Shown: positions 40,331-56,455 of the stretch, in pieces
Layout of the letters: every line of letters starts with the position of its first letter
How positions within the stretch are numbered: the stretch's first letter is position 1
Assembly: GCF_009914755.1 (NCBI RefSeq)
Contig: NC_060932.1
Source of the DNA: the human T2T-CHM13v2.0 reference genome, Homo sapiens
Strand: one strand, 5' to 3'
DNA length: 64,000 bases
Notes under the pieces: model-generated
Database searches by the model: none
Told to the model about the DNA's origin: nothing
What the model saw: the letters and a program-made list of their open reading frames with translations, nothing else
Made by a program: the position numbers and the translations under genes

Positions 40331-41104
40331 ACCAGGCAGTCCGGCCCCTCCCACCCACCCGAAGATGAAGCAGAGTTGGGGAGCACTGCTAGGGACCACC
40401 ACTCCCCTCATTCCAAATCATCACCTTTATTCCCTCTGCCATAATTTTATTTATTGGGTAGGATAATTTACCCTCTAAGTAACACATCGTAATATTTAGT
40501 ATAGATGATCGCTTTCCACAGACATGATTTGGCAGCTTGTTATTAAATTTTGCTATGATTTCTGCCAAATGAATGATATTTGCCTTATCCCACGTGTGCG
40601 GTTGTTTGAATGGTCTTCTGGATCCTAGATACTGCCTCACCGGAAGCTGAGCCTGGTACACGCAGAGCCCACAGGACACCCACAAGAGTCACATACCTGC
40701 CATTGACCACCTCTGGGCTTTTAATACCGAAACTTCAAAGAACTTATGTGTCTCTCATTACACTTGCTAGCAATATTTATACAGGAACATGTTGTATTTA
40801 TATCCCCAAAAATCAGTAAGAGAATTTTAACAAAACCATGTATGGGAAAAGTCTTAAGTCACATTTCAGAAACAATGTGTAGTGGTTGTAATAACATGGG
40901 GGCATTTTGCAAAGTTTGAGAACCAACAAAGAGGCGTGCGCACAGCCAGGGTGGGGCTGGGGCTCCTGCAGAGAGATTTGCTCCACCCTGCGTTCAGGAC
41001 GCCACCTGCACGAAATGTTAAGTTCACCTGCGTGTCGTGTGTGTTACTGGCATACACGCTTCCCTGGTTTATAGTAACATTGTAATTTTTCTCATTTTTT
41101 AAAA

Positions 41105-42034
<930 letters not shown>

Positions 42035-42278
42035 TTAAGTGGAGACATTAAGTGGAGGGCGTGTGTGTGAGTGCCAGTGGCACCCGCGGACGCTTTTTTC
42101 AAATGACGTGTATTCATGGCATGGACTGCCATTTTTCACATTTTCTGTTGACTTTCATTGGTTGGTGCTGCAAATGAGCAGGTCACGCTAAGGCTGTGGG
42201 TAATCGCCGCCATCCTCACTCCTCAGCTGATCCTTCCCATGCCCAGAGAGGCTGAAATAAAAATGAAATTTATAATCC

Positions 42279-42588
<310 letters not shown>

Positions 42589-43078
42589 TTATAATCCTTT
42601 GAGTATTATATATTATAAAGTAACCAGGATCTAGTTGTTTCGTTTTGTTTTGTTTTTTACCAATTGGAATAATTCACGTTTAATGTTTCCAAACCCTTCT
42701 GCCTGCAACCGCCGTCCTGGGGATGAGAAATCTCTGGGGAGGAGGAGTTTGGGGGCCAGCATCTTGTGTCGGGGCATGGGTTGTTGAGATGACGCTAGCA
42801 CCCCCCATCCCCCGCCCCTGCCTACTGGGCTGGTTTCCCCTCCAGGGGGTGAGGTGGCGCCTCCCAGATGGGACACAGCCTGCTGTCCCCACTTTAGTCA
42901 GAAAGCAGGAGTGAGACAGGTGGCCGGGACGAGACGCTGGGGCTGGTAGGCGCTTTGCTGCCATCTGCTGGGGAGCCCGCAGCAGCCGCCGCCGTGGACC
43001 TTGTGCTGGTGGAAAGCACAAAACCACTGTCCACGTGAAGGCCGCCCATGTCCTGGCAGCGCCCCTGAGGGGTGGCCT

Positions 43079-43120
43079 CCTGCAACCACCCACCTGCAAC
43101 CACCCACCTGCAACCACCCA
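43079..43120. repeat. 14-bp tandem repeat (cctgcaaccaccca) x3
   Basis: Directly visible. Confidence 0.85.
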
Positions 43121-44589
43121 GGGGGCTGCAAAGCCACTCTGCTCGTGCTGGCCTGGCCTCTGAACCTATCACAACATAAGACAGAAGAGGACTGAATGGG
43201 GTGCGGCCCAGCGTACGCTGCTCAGCCTGGTCTTCGTGAATGGGCTCCATCCAGCCTCTGTCCTCAGAGACGGCAGGTGGTGCCTCATCTTCCTGGCAGA
43301 CCTGGAGGGAGTGTGGGTAGAGTGGGACCCAGCCAGGAGTCCAGGCCCTGAAGCCAAGGGCAGGCCCATGTCTCCACCACCCCACAGTCTAGCATCCTCA
43401 GACCAGGCCCAAGAGAAGCCCCACTCCTGAGCAGGGGGAGGGAAGGGGAGGCCGGGGACTCAGGCAGCTGCCCCCTAGAGTGGGAAGGAAGGGCCCCAGC
43501 GTTTCCCAGCTCTAGCCCCACTTAGCTTTTGGTCCCTTTGCTGTGGTCCCCAGGGGTGTGGCTTCCTCGGGGGGCTGAAGCCAGCAGTCCCTCAGCAAAC
43601 ACGCACAGGGCTCCAGGGTGGGGGATAAGACTCTGCCCCCAAAAGGCTCTGAAATGTGTCAGGATGTGACATGGTGGAACTGACCAGGTTTCCAGCAGGT
43701 CTGCGGGGCTGAGGCTTGCATCCCCTGGGAGGCTGACATGCGCTGTCTGGCACGGAAGGTGGATATCCCCTCAGCTATGCCTTCTTTGTTCACTGGCTGG
43801 AATACTTCCGCGATGACAAACCTCCCTCTCATGCTGTTTGGTTACCCAGCGGCCCATCTGCATAGGAAAGACAGAATAAGAGCTTGATTCTTTTCTTTTA
43901 TTTATCAATTTTAAAAATGTAAGCTTGTTGCCGGGATCTCCTAAGGACGATCAGTTAATTTTTTTTTTTAACTCAGGGATTTAAGCGGGTGAGTTGAGTA
44001 AGCTGAAGGTGTCCCATCTTCCGAACGCGTTTCTAGGACGGCAAAGCCTCCTGTTCCGAGACGGGTAGAGCAGGAAGCCACTTCCCACAGATCACAGCTG
44101 CCCCATCCCTTCAGGGCGTCCTGCCTTGCCTCGAACTCCTGGGCTCAAGTGGTCCATTCCCTTTCCTTAGAGTGTGGGATGAATGCCTCCAGGAGAGAGG
44201 TTCCTCCTCCGGGTCAGCAGCTGCAGCTACCTAAGCATTCTCTTCCTCACCCAGCAGGGCCCGCAGCCCAGGGTTATGGCGAGACTCCAGTTCAGGGTGG
44301 CGGCTGCCAGGGAGCTGTGGGTTGGTCGGCTGGAACCAGCTGAGGCCTCAGAACCAAGAAGCCCTTCCATGCCAGGCCCAGGGAGGAGGAGCCTGTTGAC
44401 AGCGTTGTCCCTGGGACCTGGTGGGCAAACAGGCCGGGGGCGAGAGCTTGGGACCCAGAGACCCGGGTCCTGCCTGCATATGATCCAGTAGGGAGGGCAA
44501 GCTGGTCTGCCCCCGAGGCCCAGCCACCGTGCTGGGCTGTCCTGAGAGGCCCTGGAGGACAGGTACGATGCTCGGTGGGCTGTCTCCAC

Positions 44590-44850
44590 AATATACAAAC
44601 ATCAGTTGTATTTCATGCTAGCAGTAGGCAATCCAAACATGAGACTAAGCAAACAGCTCCACACACAATAGCACTGCAAATAATAAAATACTCAGGAATA
44701 AACGTAGCCAAAGAAAGTCAAGACTTGTATATTTAAGACTAGAAAACATTACTGAAGGAAATGAAGAGGACATGATTGAACGGAAAGTCATCTCAGCATC
44801 ACTCCCCAAGCTGACCTGCAAATTCAGTGCAATCCCCATCACAATTCCAC
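44590..44850 (+). mobile_element. L1 ORF2 fragment
   Basis: aaaatactcaggaataaacgtagccaaagaaagtcaagacttgta and aaattcagtgcaatccccatcacaattcca. Confidence 0.75.
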
Positions 44851-45042
44851 TGTCTCCTGCCTGGGGGCTGCCCCTCCCCATATCAGCCCTCTGCCCAGGA
44901 CACAAGACTGCTGGGTGGCCTTGTGTGTGTGTTGGGGTGGGAGGGCTCCACTCCTGTCTGTGGCGTGCAGCCCTGCTCAATGCATTCCCAGCACTGAAGA
45001 ACGGCCTCTCCCAGGGCCCAGCAGTTGGGGCAGCCTTCCTCC

Positions 45043-45990
<948 letters not shown>

Positions 45991-46092
45991 TGCTGCTTCT
46001 GGAATGTTCAGGAGCCCACATGTTTCCTGATTGGGGTCAGCCATTTTGATGATGAAATTTGTAATATTAAGTTGTTTCGTTGGGACTTTTCA

Positions 46093-46398
<306 letters not shown>

Positions 46399-46719
46399 TG
46401 GAAATGGAGAAACCTGTTCTACCGTAACGGGAAGCAGCAGCCCTCTACCAGGATCTGCCTGAGGTAGCAAGTGCCGGCAGGTCCAGCGACCTGCAGGGCC
46501 ACCCTCCTTCCCGCTGCCACCCCCCGCCCATGCCGCGGTGAATGGCTTCTTTGTTAGCATTCCTCAGCCACCCTGTTTCCTGTTGGGACTCCACGGACAG
46601 ACACACTGCGTCTCCATTCTTTGAATAGTTGCTCTTACATTTTCAACATGGATATTTGACAAAGTCCAGAGTCCCAATCAAAATCTCTACCCTCTTCCTG
46701 AAAAATACAAAGGCAGTAA

Positions 46720-47000
<281 letters not shown>

Positions 47001-48560
47001 TGCATCTGCTAAACTCTTTTCCAGGTGGTTGAAGCACTGGTATTTCCATCAGCTCAGTGTGAGAGCTCTGGTTGCTGTACCTCCCATCAACATTTGACAT
47101 GTTTAGTCTTTTTAAATTTTCAGGCATTCTAGTGGGTGCATGATGGTGTCTCACTGTAATTTTAATTTCTATCTTCCTAATGACTAATGTTCTTGCATCT
47201 TTTTATGTGCTGTTCGCCATCCATATATCTTCACTGGTGAAAGGTCTGTTGAAATCTTTTGTCTATTTCTAAATTGGATTATTTCTGTTTATTGAGTGCT
47301 GGGGGTTCTTTGTATATTCTGGATACAAGTCCTTTATCAGTTATGTGATTTACAAGTATTATTCCCAGTCTGTGGCTTGTCTTTTTATTTTCTTAACAGT
47401 GTATTTTAAAGGGCATAAGTTCCTAATTTTGATGAAGTCCAATTTATCGATCTCTTTCTTCTATAGATCATAATTTTAGTGTTATATTTCAGAAATATAA
47501 CTCAAAAATGACAAAGATTTTTCTCTTACATTTTCCTTTAGATGGTTTATCATTTTAGATTCCAGTTGTGATCCATTTTGGGATAATTTTTGCACATGGT
47601 GTGAGATTAATTTTTTGCATATAGATGGTGAAAAGATCATTATTTTTTCACTGAAGTTCTTCTGTACCTTTACTTAAAATCAAATGACAATAGATGCATG
47701 GGTCTATTTCTGGACTCGGTTGATCTATATTTCTGTGTTAATATCAATACCTCGCTGTCTTGATTACAATAGACTTGCAACAGCCCTTCAAGTCAGATGG
47801 TGGACGTCCCCTCAATTCACTTTTCTTTTTCAAGGTTGTTTCAGCTGCTCTTGGTCCTTTGCATTTCCATATTAATTTTAGAATCAGTTTGTCAATTTCC
47901 ACACACAAAAAAACCTACTGGAATTCTGATTGGGTAGCACTGACCTGTAGTTCAAGTTGGAGAGCATATCTCAGCAATATCGAGTCTTCCAGTACATGAA
48001 CAAGGTCTGTCTCTACATGGACTTAGGAGTTTAATTTCTCTCATCAATGTTTGGCAGTGTTCAGTGTTCAGGTCTTGCACATCTTATCAGAATTATTCAT
48101 ATTTCACATTTTTGATGCTATTTTAAGTAATGTTTTAAATTTCACTTTATAATTGTCCATTATTAGAACATAGACGTACAGCTGATTTTTATATCTTGAT
48201 CTTGTTTCCCACAGTCTGGCTAAACTCAATAGTTCTAGTTGTTTTTCTGTAGATTCTATCAGATTTTCTACATGGGTAATCATGTCAATGGCAAATAAAG
48301 ACAGTTTTACTTCTTCCTTTTCAATATGGATGCCATTTGTTTGTTTATTATTTATCTATCTTTTCTTTTTGCCACTGGCTAGAAGCTTCAATACAATGTT
48401 GCCCTTTTTCCTGATCTTAAGGGAAAGCATTTGGTTTTTCATCATTAAATATGATGTTAGCTGTAGATTTTTCATAGATGCCCTTTATCCGGTTGAGGAG
48501 GTTCTCTCTTCTTCAATTTCTTGGAAGCGTTTTTACAGAATTGTTATTGTTTTTCCTTAA
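47001..48560 (-). mobile_element. Old L1 (L1M) ORF2/3' region, antisense
   Basis: tatattctggatacaagtcctttatcag, ttgatgaagtccaatttatc, ttttagaatcagtttgtcaatttcc, gcaaataaagacagttttacttcttcc. Confidence 0.85.
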
Positions 48561-48657
48561 ATGGGACATTGAGTTTGCAGTAAGCCATGATGGTCCACGG
48601 CAGTCCAGCCTGGATGACAGACGGAGACCCTATCTCTTAAAAAAAAATGCAGGTTCG

Positions 48658-48952
<295 letters not shown>

Positions 48953-49489
48953 TGCAGGTTCTGATCAGCGGGTTTTCCATGAAAGGTTCACTTATGCAAA
49001 GCAACCCTCACATGAGGACGGAGCTGAGAAACCAAAGAATGAGGCTGACAGATTCGGTTTGTCAGGAGAGGGTGCTCTACTGGGGAACCTGCCACCAGGG
49101 GTGGCCTTGGGTGGGACAGGTGCAGCTCTGCACTGTTGCTCCCCAGACCCAGGGCTCAGCTTCTCTGTAGGGAAAGGCTCTGCATGCTCCACACAGGCAA
49201 GAACGCAACATCGCCTGTCATCTGTGTAATAACATCAAGGCTGCTCTGATGGAAAGGCAGGATTCATAGCGAGTGCACGTTCTTACACTAAGGACAGTAG
49301 ATACGGCAGGAATCGGGGCATTCCCAGGACGGCGGCTCATCAGAAGTCTGCACGGTGGAGTAGAACCTAACACGGAGTCACTTCTGTCTCCACAGTGGGT
49401 CTGCGCTGGGTCTCGAGAGTCTTCATTTCAGAAGTTCAAGGGTGAAGCGCTCGCTCCTAGTTCACGGAACACACATTAAGAGGCTTCCG

Positions 49490-50150
49490 CTTTTGCTAAT
49501 GGGTTGTGTCCATTATCCTTTCGTAGGGAATCTGTCTTTTCTCTCTAGCTGCTTTAATTTTTTTTTCTTTTTTGGTTTTCGGTTTTCCGCAATTTTACTA
49601 CAATGTGTTTTGATGTAGATGTTTTATTTGCCATACCTGGGTTTTACTGTGCCTGTTGGATAAATGGTTCATGTTTTTCATCTATTTGGAAAACAATTAT
49701 CAGCCACTATTTCTTCAAAACGTCCTCACCTTATTCCAGGATCTTCTTATAGAACCCCAGCTGGACTGATGCTAGATGTCTTCTGTTCTGCCTCCTAACC
49801 TCTCTTTCCTGTTTCCCATCTCTGGGATAAATTCTGAGTAATTTCTTTAGATCTATCCTTTAATTCACCAATTCTTCAACTATGATTCGTCTGCTGTTTA
49901 GTCCATTGAGCTTTAAATATTATTAGTATATGTTTCATTTCTAGAAATTCTATCAAATTTCTTTAAAATCTTCTTGCTCTTTTTAGCTAGAATTTTACTT
50001 CTCACATTATGGATTTGTTGTGTTATAAACATTTCAAACATACTCACTGTGTATTCTTTATTGAATAATTCCAGTATCCTGCGTCCCTCAGCTTCCAGTT
50101 CTGCCCTTGTTCATGATGCTCGTTTCCATGCGTCTTGTAACTTTTGACTG
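49490..50150 (-). mobile_element. Diverged L1/HAL1-like fragment
   Basis: T-rich antisense L1 5'-region motifs (tcagccactatttcttcaaa, tttcatttctagaaattcta). Confidence 0.5.
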
Positions 50151-51356
50151 CGTCATGTTGGAAAGCCCGAGGTCTTTTATCTGAAGCCTGGGAAGCCTTG
50201 GTTGGGGGCAAGACCTCCAGATAAGATTATATTGGCTCATACCAGGTACCAGGCAACAACCAACCTGGGGCCATGGTGATGTAATTCCTCCACATGGGGT
50301 TCTCCAGACCCTACAGGGGGATGGCCTGAAATTGTAAAGCTCAGTGGAAACGCTTTCCTGTCAGAGCCCAGGCAGGATCCAGTGTTTCCCTTCTGTGGCT
50401 GGATCGTCGGAGAACCCGCTTTCTCGCTGGGTGCAGCCCTTTGAGGATCCGGATGCCACAGAGGCCTCTGGCTGTACGGCCCGCATCCCGGCCTCCTGTT
50501 CCTGAGGACCTTTAAAACCCGAGGCTTCAGCCTTCCAGGATCAGCAAATTCCTCGGGAAGCGTCAGCTCAGCCGCTGCACTGAGGACCCTCCTTTCTCTT
50601 TCACCCCTGGTGGTTTCCTTGTCTTTTTGGTAACGTCAGAATGCACCCGAGAAGCTATTTAAGTTTTACCCGGATTTACGTGGGAGGAGTTTTCAAGGGT
50701 CTCTCGGTCCGTCTGCGCTGCTACTGAGGAGCTGCCACCGTGAAGGCAGCTGCCGTGGCCGATCCTCCAAGATCCCCTTGGGTGTCCTTGTTCCCCTCCC
50801 CAGCTGCTGCAGACGCTCACCTGTGTCCTCCTCCAGAACACTGCCCTTGGCTGACAAGAGCTGCTCATTCAGAGATGCCTGAGGACCACGTGCCACCCCA
50901 CAGGCAGCTCAGACCCACGTGTGGGCAGGAGTCAGAGCCTCTGAGCTGTGCCCTTGCCTCTCAGATGTCCGTGGGGCAGGGCTACGGCTCCAGCCCCCTT
51001 TGCCAGCTCCTTGCCCTCCCCACTTGTTGCACCCCTTTTCTGAGAATTCTCCAGAAACCATGTGTAACTGAGGCACCGCCCTGGGGAGCCTGCCTGGGAT
51101 GGGGGGGCGCAGACGTGGTCCTGGCGCACAGATGCCACAGTTGGTCAGAACACCACCGACTGCCTGGCGATGCTGTCAGCCTGGCACCAATGGCAGTGCA
51201 GCCGCTGGAGCTCCCACCTGTTGAGACGTGCTGGCAGCGGGAGGGAAGGTGGGGGCAGCGGCCAGAAGACCCTGACCATGGGGGCCCATGAAGCTGGCTC
51301 ATGGAGCGCCACAGTCTGACAGGAGACGCAGATGGGCAGCCTGCAAGGAGCTGCTC

Positions 51357-51535
51357 ACTACACTGGTTCTCACACTCAGGCACATGGCAGCCCCTGGAGG
51401 GCTCCTTAAAGCACAGCTGGCTGAGCCCCAGGCCCAGGATTTCTGACTCAGTTGGTCTGTGCCGCGGCCAAGGCTCTGCCCCTTCCAAGCTCCCAGGTGG
51501 TCCCGGGGCACACTCGGAGGACACTGGCTCAGCAC
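51357..51535. mobile_element. MER5-like hAT DNA transposon fragment
   Basis: cactggttctcacact...cctggagggctccttaaagcacag...gatttctgactcagttggtctg. Confidence 0.6.
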
Positions 51536-51699
51536 GCGGCACCCACAAATTTTAAAACGAGTGAGTGAGTCCAGGCCCACTGCTCTGATGGAAAACACAA
51601 CCACTTGCTTTGTTTCCTTATGTCAGCCAGTTCTCAGAGCCAGAGCCCACAAATGGAAAGAGCGGCCAGGTCCCCTTGTGAAAGGCCTCACGCCTCCAA

Positions 51700-54250
51700 G
51701 TGTGGACAGCAGTGACCCCCCAGTCCCTCCAGGGACCCAAAGATGCTTATCTGGACAACTGTGCCCTGGGGAGAGGAAGACGCCCAGATCAGGGTCTGAG
51801 TGGACGCTGACACCTGGGGCGCAAAGCACCCTCAGAGGCTCCCATCTGGGTAGGGAATATGGGGTCAGGAAGGACCTGGAGTCCTGGCCCAGGCCTCAGC
51901 CCATCATTTCCCAGCCCAGGAACGTGCAATTGGAACTGGCATGCTCAACAGCAAATCCTCACATGGGCTTTTTGGCCCATGGAGTAAAAATCACTGTAGT
52001 AGGAAAGACCAAATGGAAACCTTAGAAACTACCCCCAGCTCCAGCCAAGGAAATAAAACAATACAACCTCCTGGTCAAAACGGCGGCGTCAGCAACACCG
52101 CAGATGCCTAAAGGGTGCATGGGTGATGGCCACCATCTTCCCACTTAATTTGCTGGTCAGGTCCCTACAAGAGCTGGGTAGACTGTGGTGGACGGCGGCT
52201 GAGCCACAGCGTCTCCCCACAGTGCCAACTCCAGCTGCTGTGCTGTCTGTGGTCTTTCCTGGAGCAGACTCACAGCCTCAGACGGTGTCCTGTGGCTCCT
52301 GGCTGGGCAGAGGGCTCTCCACTGCACCGGGAGGAGGTCAGGGGCAGTTCCCATTCACACGAGGTGGACAGCAGCGCACAGACATGCAGACACACAGACA
52401 ACTGACCAAAGCGCAAACACGCAAGTCCGCTCACTGACAGCATCGCACCCACCAGGCCTGGCAAGCGGGAAGTGGCAGGCGTTCTGAGCGTCCTGCTAGG
52501 ACACAGGCACTCCAGGGCAGGAGAGAGGCTGAGCCAAGATTCAGGGACTGGTCACGTCATGAAGGTTTTAGGAGTCCAGAGATCTGGGCATGTTAGGACG
52601 TCCTGTCCAAGGTCAAGAACGAGTTTTGAGCCTTGCATTTCCTAACACCAGGAAAGAAGCTGGCAGATGGCAGGCCTCTGGGTTCTGGACACAGCACGAT
52701 GATGCCAGACACGGCACGATACCAGACACGGCAGGATGATGCCAGACCCAGCACGATGCCAGGCACGGCACGATACCAGACCCAGCACGATACCAGGCCC
52801 GGCACGATACCAGACACGGCAGGATGATGCCAGCCCCAGCACGATACCAGACCCGGCACGATACCACACACAGATCTTTTTATCAGTTGGCACAGAGGCT
52901 TCTCGTTTTGAGTGGGGCCCAGGAAAAGGAAGGGTAGCACAGCTGGTGAGGCTGTGGAACAAAGTCCTGCCACTCAGGCCCTGTGAGCTAACAGAGCTCT
53001 TGTACCAGGAGCACCTGCCGCAGGTGGGGAAGGATGCGTCAAGGGGTCTCCGGCAAGGCCCAAAAGAGCTGCAGCACCAGCCCTAAGTTTTGAAGCAAGG
53101 AGGTCCCGACTGCAACAGAGAACTGCGGACTGTTCAGAGAAGTTCCTGGGGATGGTGTGGCCACAGCTCCCACCAGGAGCCAGTGCCACAAGACCCACCC
53201 AGGCTAAGGTCAGCGGCACAGTGAGGATCCAGGGTAAGGGGCGGTGCACTGCCGGGCACCAGCCATGAGAGCCAGAGGGCTGCACGGGCAGGTGGCGCAG
53301 CTTCCAGCTTGCCCGCCAGTCAGGCCACAGCCTCAGAGGGTCCCTGTGACTGGGTGGGGGCCAAGCCCGGCCTGCTTCATGGCGGTTGGGTTCATGGTAG
53401 TCGGACCACTCCACTTGGGCTGGCCCTGGAGTCAGGGGTCGGGGCGATCCCTGGCCTCTCATGAGGAGAGGAGAGCAGCTCATGGTAAGGACACACGTGG
53501 ACAGGGCTGGGGAAGGGCTCGGCTGGCCGGTCAGGGCCTGAGAAGGGCAACGCTGGAAGACGGACTGGGGAATGGAACTGCCGGGTGGACACCAGCGTGG
53601 GGACTTGTGGGTGTTCACCAGGGGCACCGGCTGCCGAGCGGGCACCCAGCCACCCACAAGCCAATGACGCGGCCAGTGACGCAGCGTCCGGTGCTCCCAC
53701 ACGGCTCCCGCCTGGAGCGATGGAGGACCAGACGAAGCCAGGCGCCCCATGACAAGCCCAGCTCCTGTCGGCAGCAGCACATCCCGTCCTCTGGCCATAA
53801 AGACCACCAGGGGCCCTGGACGCAAAACCAGCCAGAGACCAACCGGTCACTTGGAGGTAAACTCAGCCCTGGAGGCCCCTTCCCCTTGGAAAGACAACAG
53901 CTGGTATTCCAGGCACGGACCCACCTTTCCAGCCCACGATGCCTCCGTGTCTGCCCTGGGAGACGGGCTCCTGTGTAACGGCCCCCAGGGCTTCTGACTG
54001 CTTCCGGCAAGGGGGTGCAGAGGGAGCGGGAACACGGGCGCCGCTGAGCCTAGAGCGTCGGCGAGCTTCTCGGAAAGAGTTGGTGCCACCGTCCTGACAC
54101 CAACCCTCTGGGACTGTGGTGGTCCCGTCCTCCAGGATGTGGTCTTCGGCCTAAATCAGTGGCCCCACAGAGGACCGCATGGGTCTGGGGACCAAGGGGT
54201 AGAGGCAGGAGTGGCCGCCCACTCACCAGCTCCCAGTGACCCACTGACAA
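51700..54250 (+). mobile_element. Degenerate ERVL-class internal (pro/pol) sequence
   Basis: Remnant peptides ...VVGKTKWKP (cf. ERVL GKAKWKPLEL), FPLNLLVRSLQ...WW, AAV, gaaggttttaggagtccag (VKFLGVQ-like) and an integrase-like segment near 53900. Confidence 0.6.
52693..52866. repeat. Degenerate 16-19-bp tandem repeat (gcacgataccagaca/cc)
   Basis: About 10 imperfect copies. Confidence 0.85.
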
Positions 54251-54508
54251 CCTGTGCTTCCTTTCCCTGCAACTCTTAAGCTGTGAGGGCTCAGAGGTCC
54301 TAAAACCCAGCCACCTGGGACAGAGTAAGGCACTGCCCCGCTCGATGGCTGTGGGTCACCCGGCCGGGGCCACTCCTGTTCCAGCGGACCAGCAGGCAGA
54401 GCACCCTCTACCGGGCCGGGGCAGGGAGGGTAAAGCCCAGCAAGAGCGAGAAGACTAGGACTTGGACCCCAGGGTGAACGCCTGGGTCCCACCAGCAGGA
54501 GAGGCGAA

Positions 54509-54869
<361 letters not shown>

Positions 54870-55424
54870 CTAAGTCTTCCCAGAAACTGCCACCAGTCGG
54901 AAGCCTGGAGAAGCCCATCCAGATGGAATCCCCGGAGTGTGATGGGCATGGGGCCGAGACATGGCAGACTGTGGTGGAGGCCCTCATACTAGGCCCACTG
55001 CCTGTGGCCCCTTCTCTGGAGGGCTGCCCGGCCAGCAGCAACCAACTGACCCGGGGCCATGTGGCACCCTCCCCGGAGGCCAAGGGGCCACAGCCAGTGA
55101 CTGATATGGGAGCATACCACACCCCGCCTCAGATAAGGAAACGTGAGCCCCTTATAGTGCGAAGGGTGGGGCTGGGAGACTGGTCAGCACCTGACCAGCA
55201 GCAGGTCCCAGGGGGCCCGGCCTCAGTGTGGCCACCACCCTGCCCCACACTGAATCCCTCTGCCCAGGGTCTCTCAGCTGCCCTCCTGCGAGCACCTGGT
55301 CTCTGCTGCACACAGACGTACGTCCCTGACTGGCCATAGTGGCTGAGCTCAGAGCCTGGAGCCTGGGGCTGCAATGTCCACCCTGTCCCTGACACACACC
55401 TGACCCCAAGACACAAGGCCGGAG

Positions 55425-56455
55425 GCACGGGAAGGTTGGAATTGCTTTTATTGGGGGCGGATACCGCAAGGCCCCGCCCACGGTCAGGTTAGTGTTCTGC
55501 CCTTGCAGAGGCGCCAGCAGCCTGACACCTCCACCTGCCACCCGCCCGGGGTTAGTGGAACATGCAAAGCTCAGAGGGTGGAGGCAGGGGTGGTCGCTGC
55601 TGAGACCAGGGCTGGGTGCAACAGGAGGGTCAGCACAGAGCCTGGCTGGTGTCCCTGGGCCCAAAGGGGGCTGGGGCTCCATGGGAGAGAGACGGGCAGG
55701 CGGCACCCCAGTGTGGGGCTCCACAAGCTGGAGGGGCCCCTGGACCCACCAGGAGGACAGGTCTGCAGTTCCCAGCCATGCCGGCTGGAACGTCCGCCTC
55801 CCCACTGGGTCTGGGTCCTCGGGGCCTGGGGTTAGAGGCCGACATGGAAGGCACTTACTAGGGGAACAGAGGCTGGAGGCTGACGCCGGAGGCCAGGGGT
55901 CTCAGGAGTGAGTGTGGGGGGTGAGCTGGAAAGCACAGATCAGACAGCACTGTGGGGGCTGGGCCCGAGGGCCTCGTCTTCCCATGGGGAAGGGGCTTCT
56001 CTGGGTAGACTGGGAGAGAGGCTGACTGGGGCCCCCCGTCCCCAGCAAGGCCCACCGTGCAGGCCAGTGCTAGAAACACCAGGGCCCTCTACAGACAGGG
56101 TTGGGCCCAGCTGCCCTGTGCAGCTAGGACTGGCAGGCGGGCTACCCTGGGAAGACAGGAGGGTGGGCTGGGGCCCAGCTTGGGACCCTCCAAGGCACCT
56201 GGCTGTGTGAGTGGCAGGTAGAAGGGAGTGAGGAGACCCGAGGGGGTGAGGCGGCCAGCAGGGCTGGGCCAGCCCTGTCCCCCAAGATACAGGCTGTCTG
56301 GACAGCAGATATATATTAATATATTAGTCTGGTCTTTTTGGTTAAACTTTAGGCACCACTTGGGAGGAAGACACCTTTAAGCGTTGAAAACGGCCCCCGC
56401 GCCTCGGTGGGAGCCGGGCTGGGCCGCATGCAGAGCGGGGTGGGCGCAGGCAGCC
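55425..56455 (-). other. PLEC: PLEC 3'UTR
   Basis: Between the TGA at 56456-56458 and the AATAAA; cleavage site approximate. Confidence 0.8.
55447..55452 (-). terminator. PLEC: PLEC polyadenylation signal AATAAA
   Basis: tttatt on the + strand ~1 kb after the PLEC stop; followed on the minus strand by GU-rich sequence (ccttgtgtcttgggg). Confidence 0.85.
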
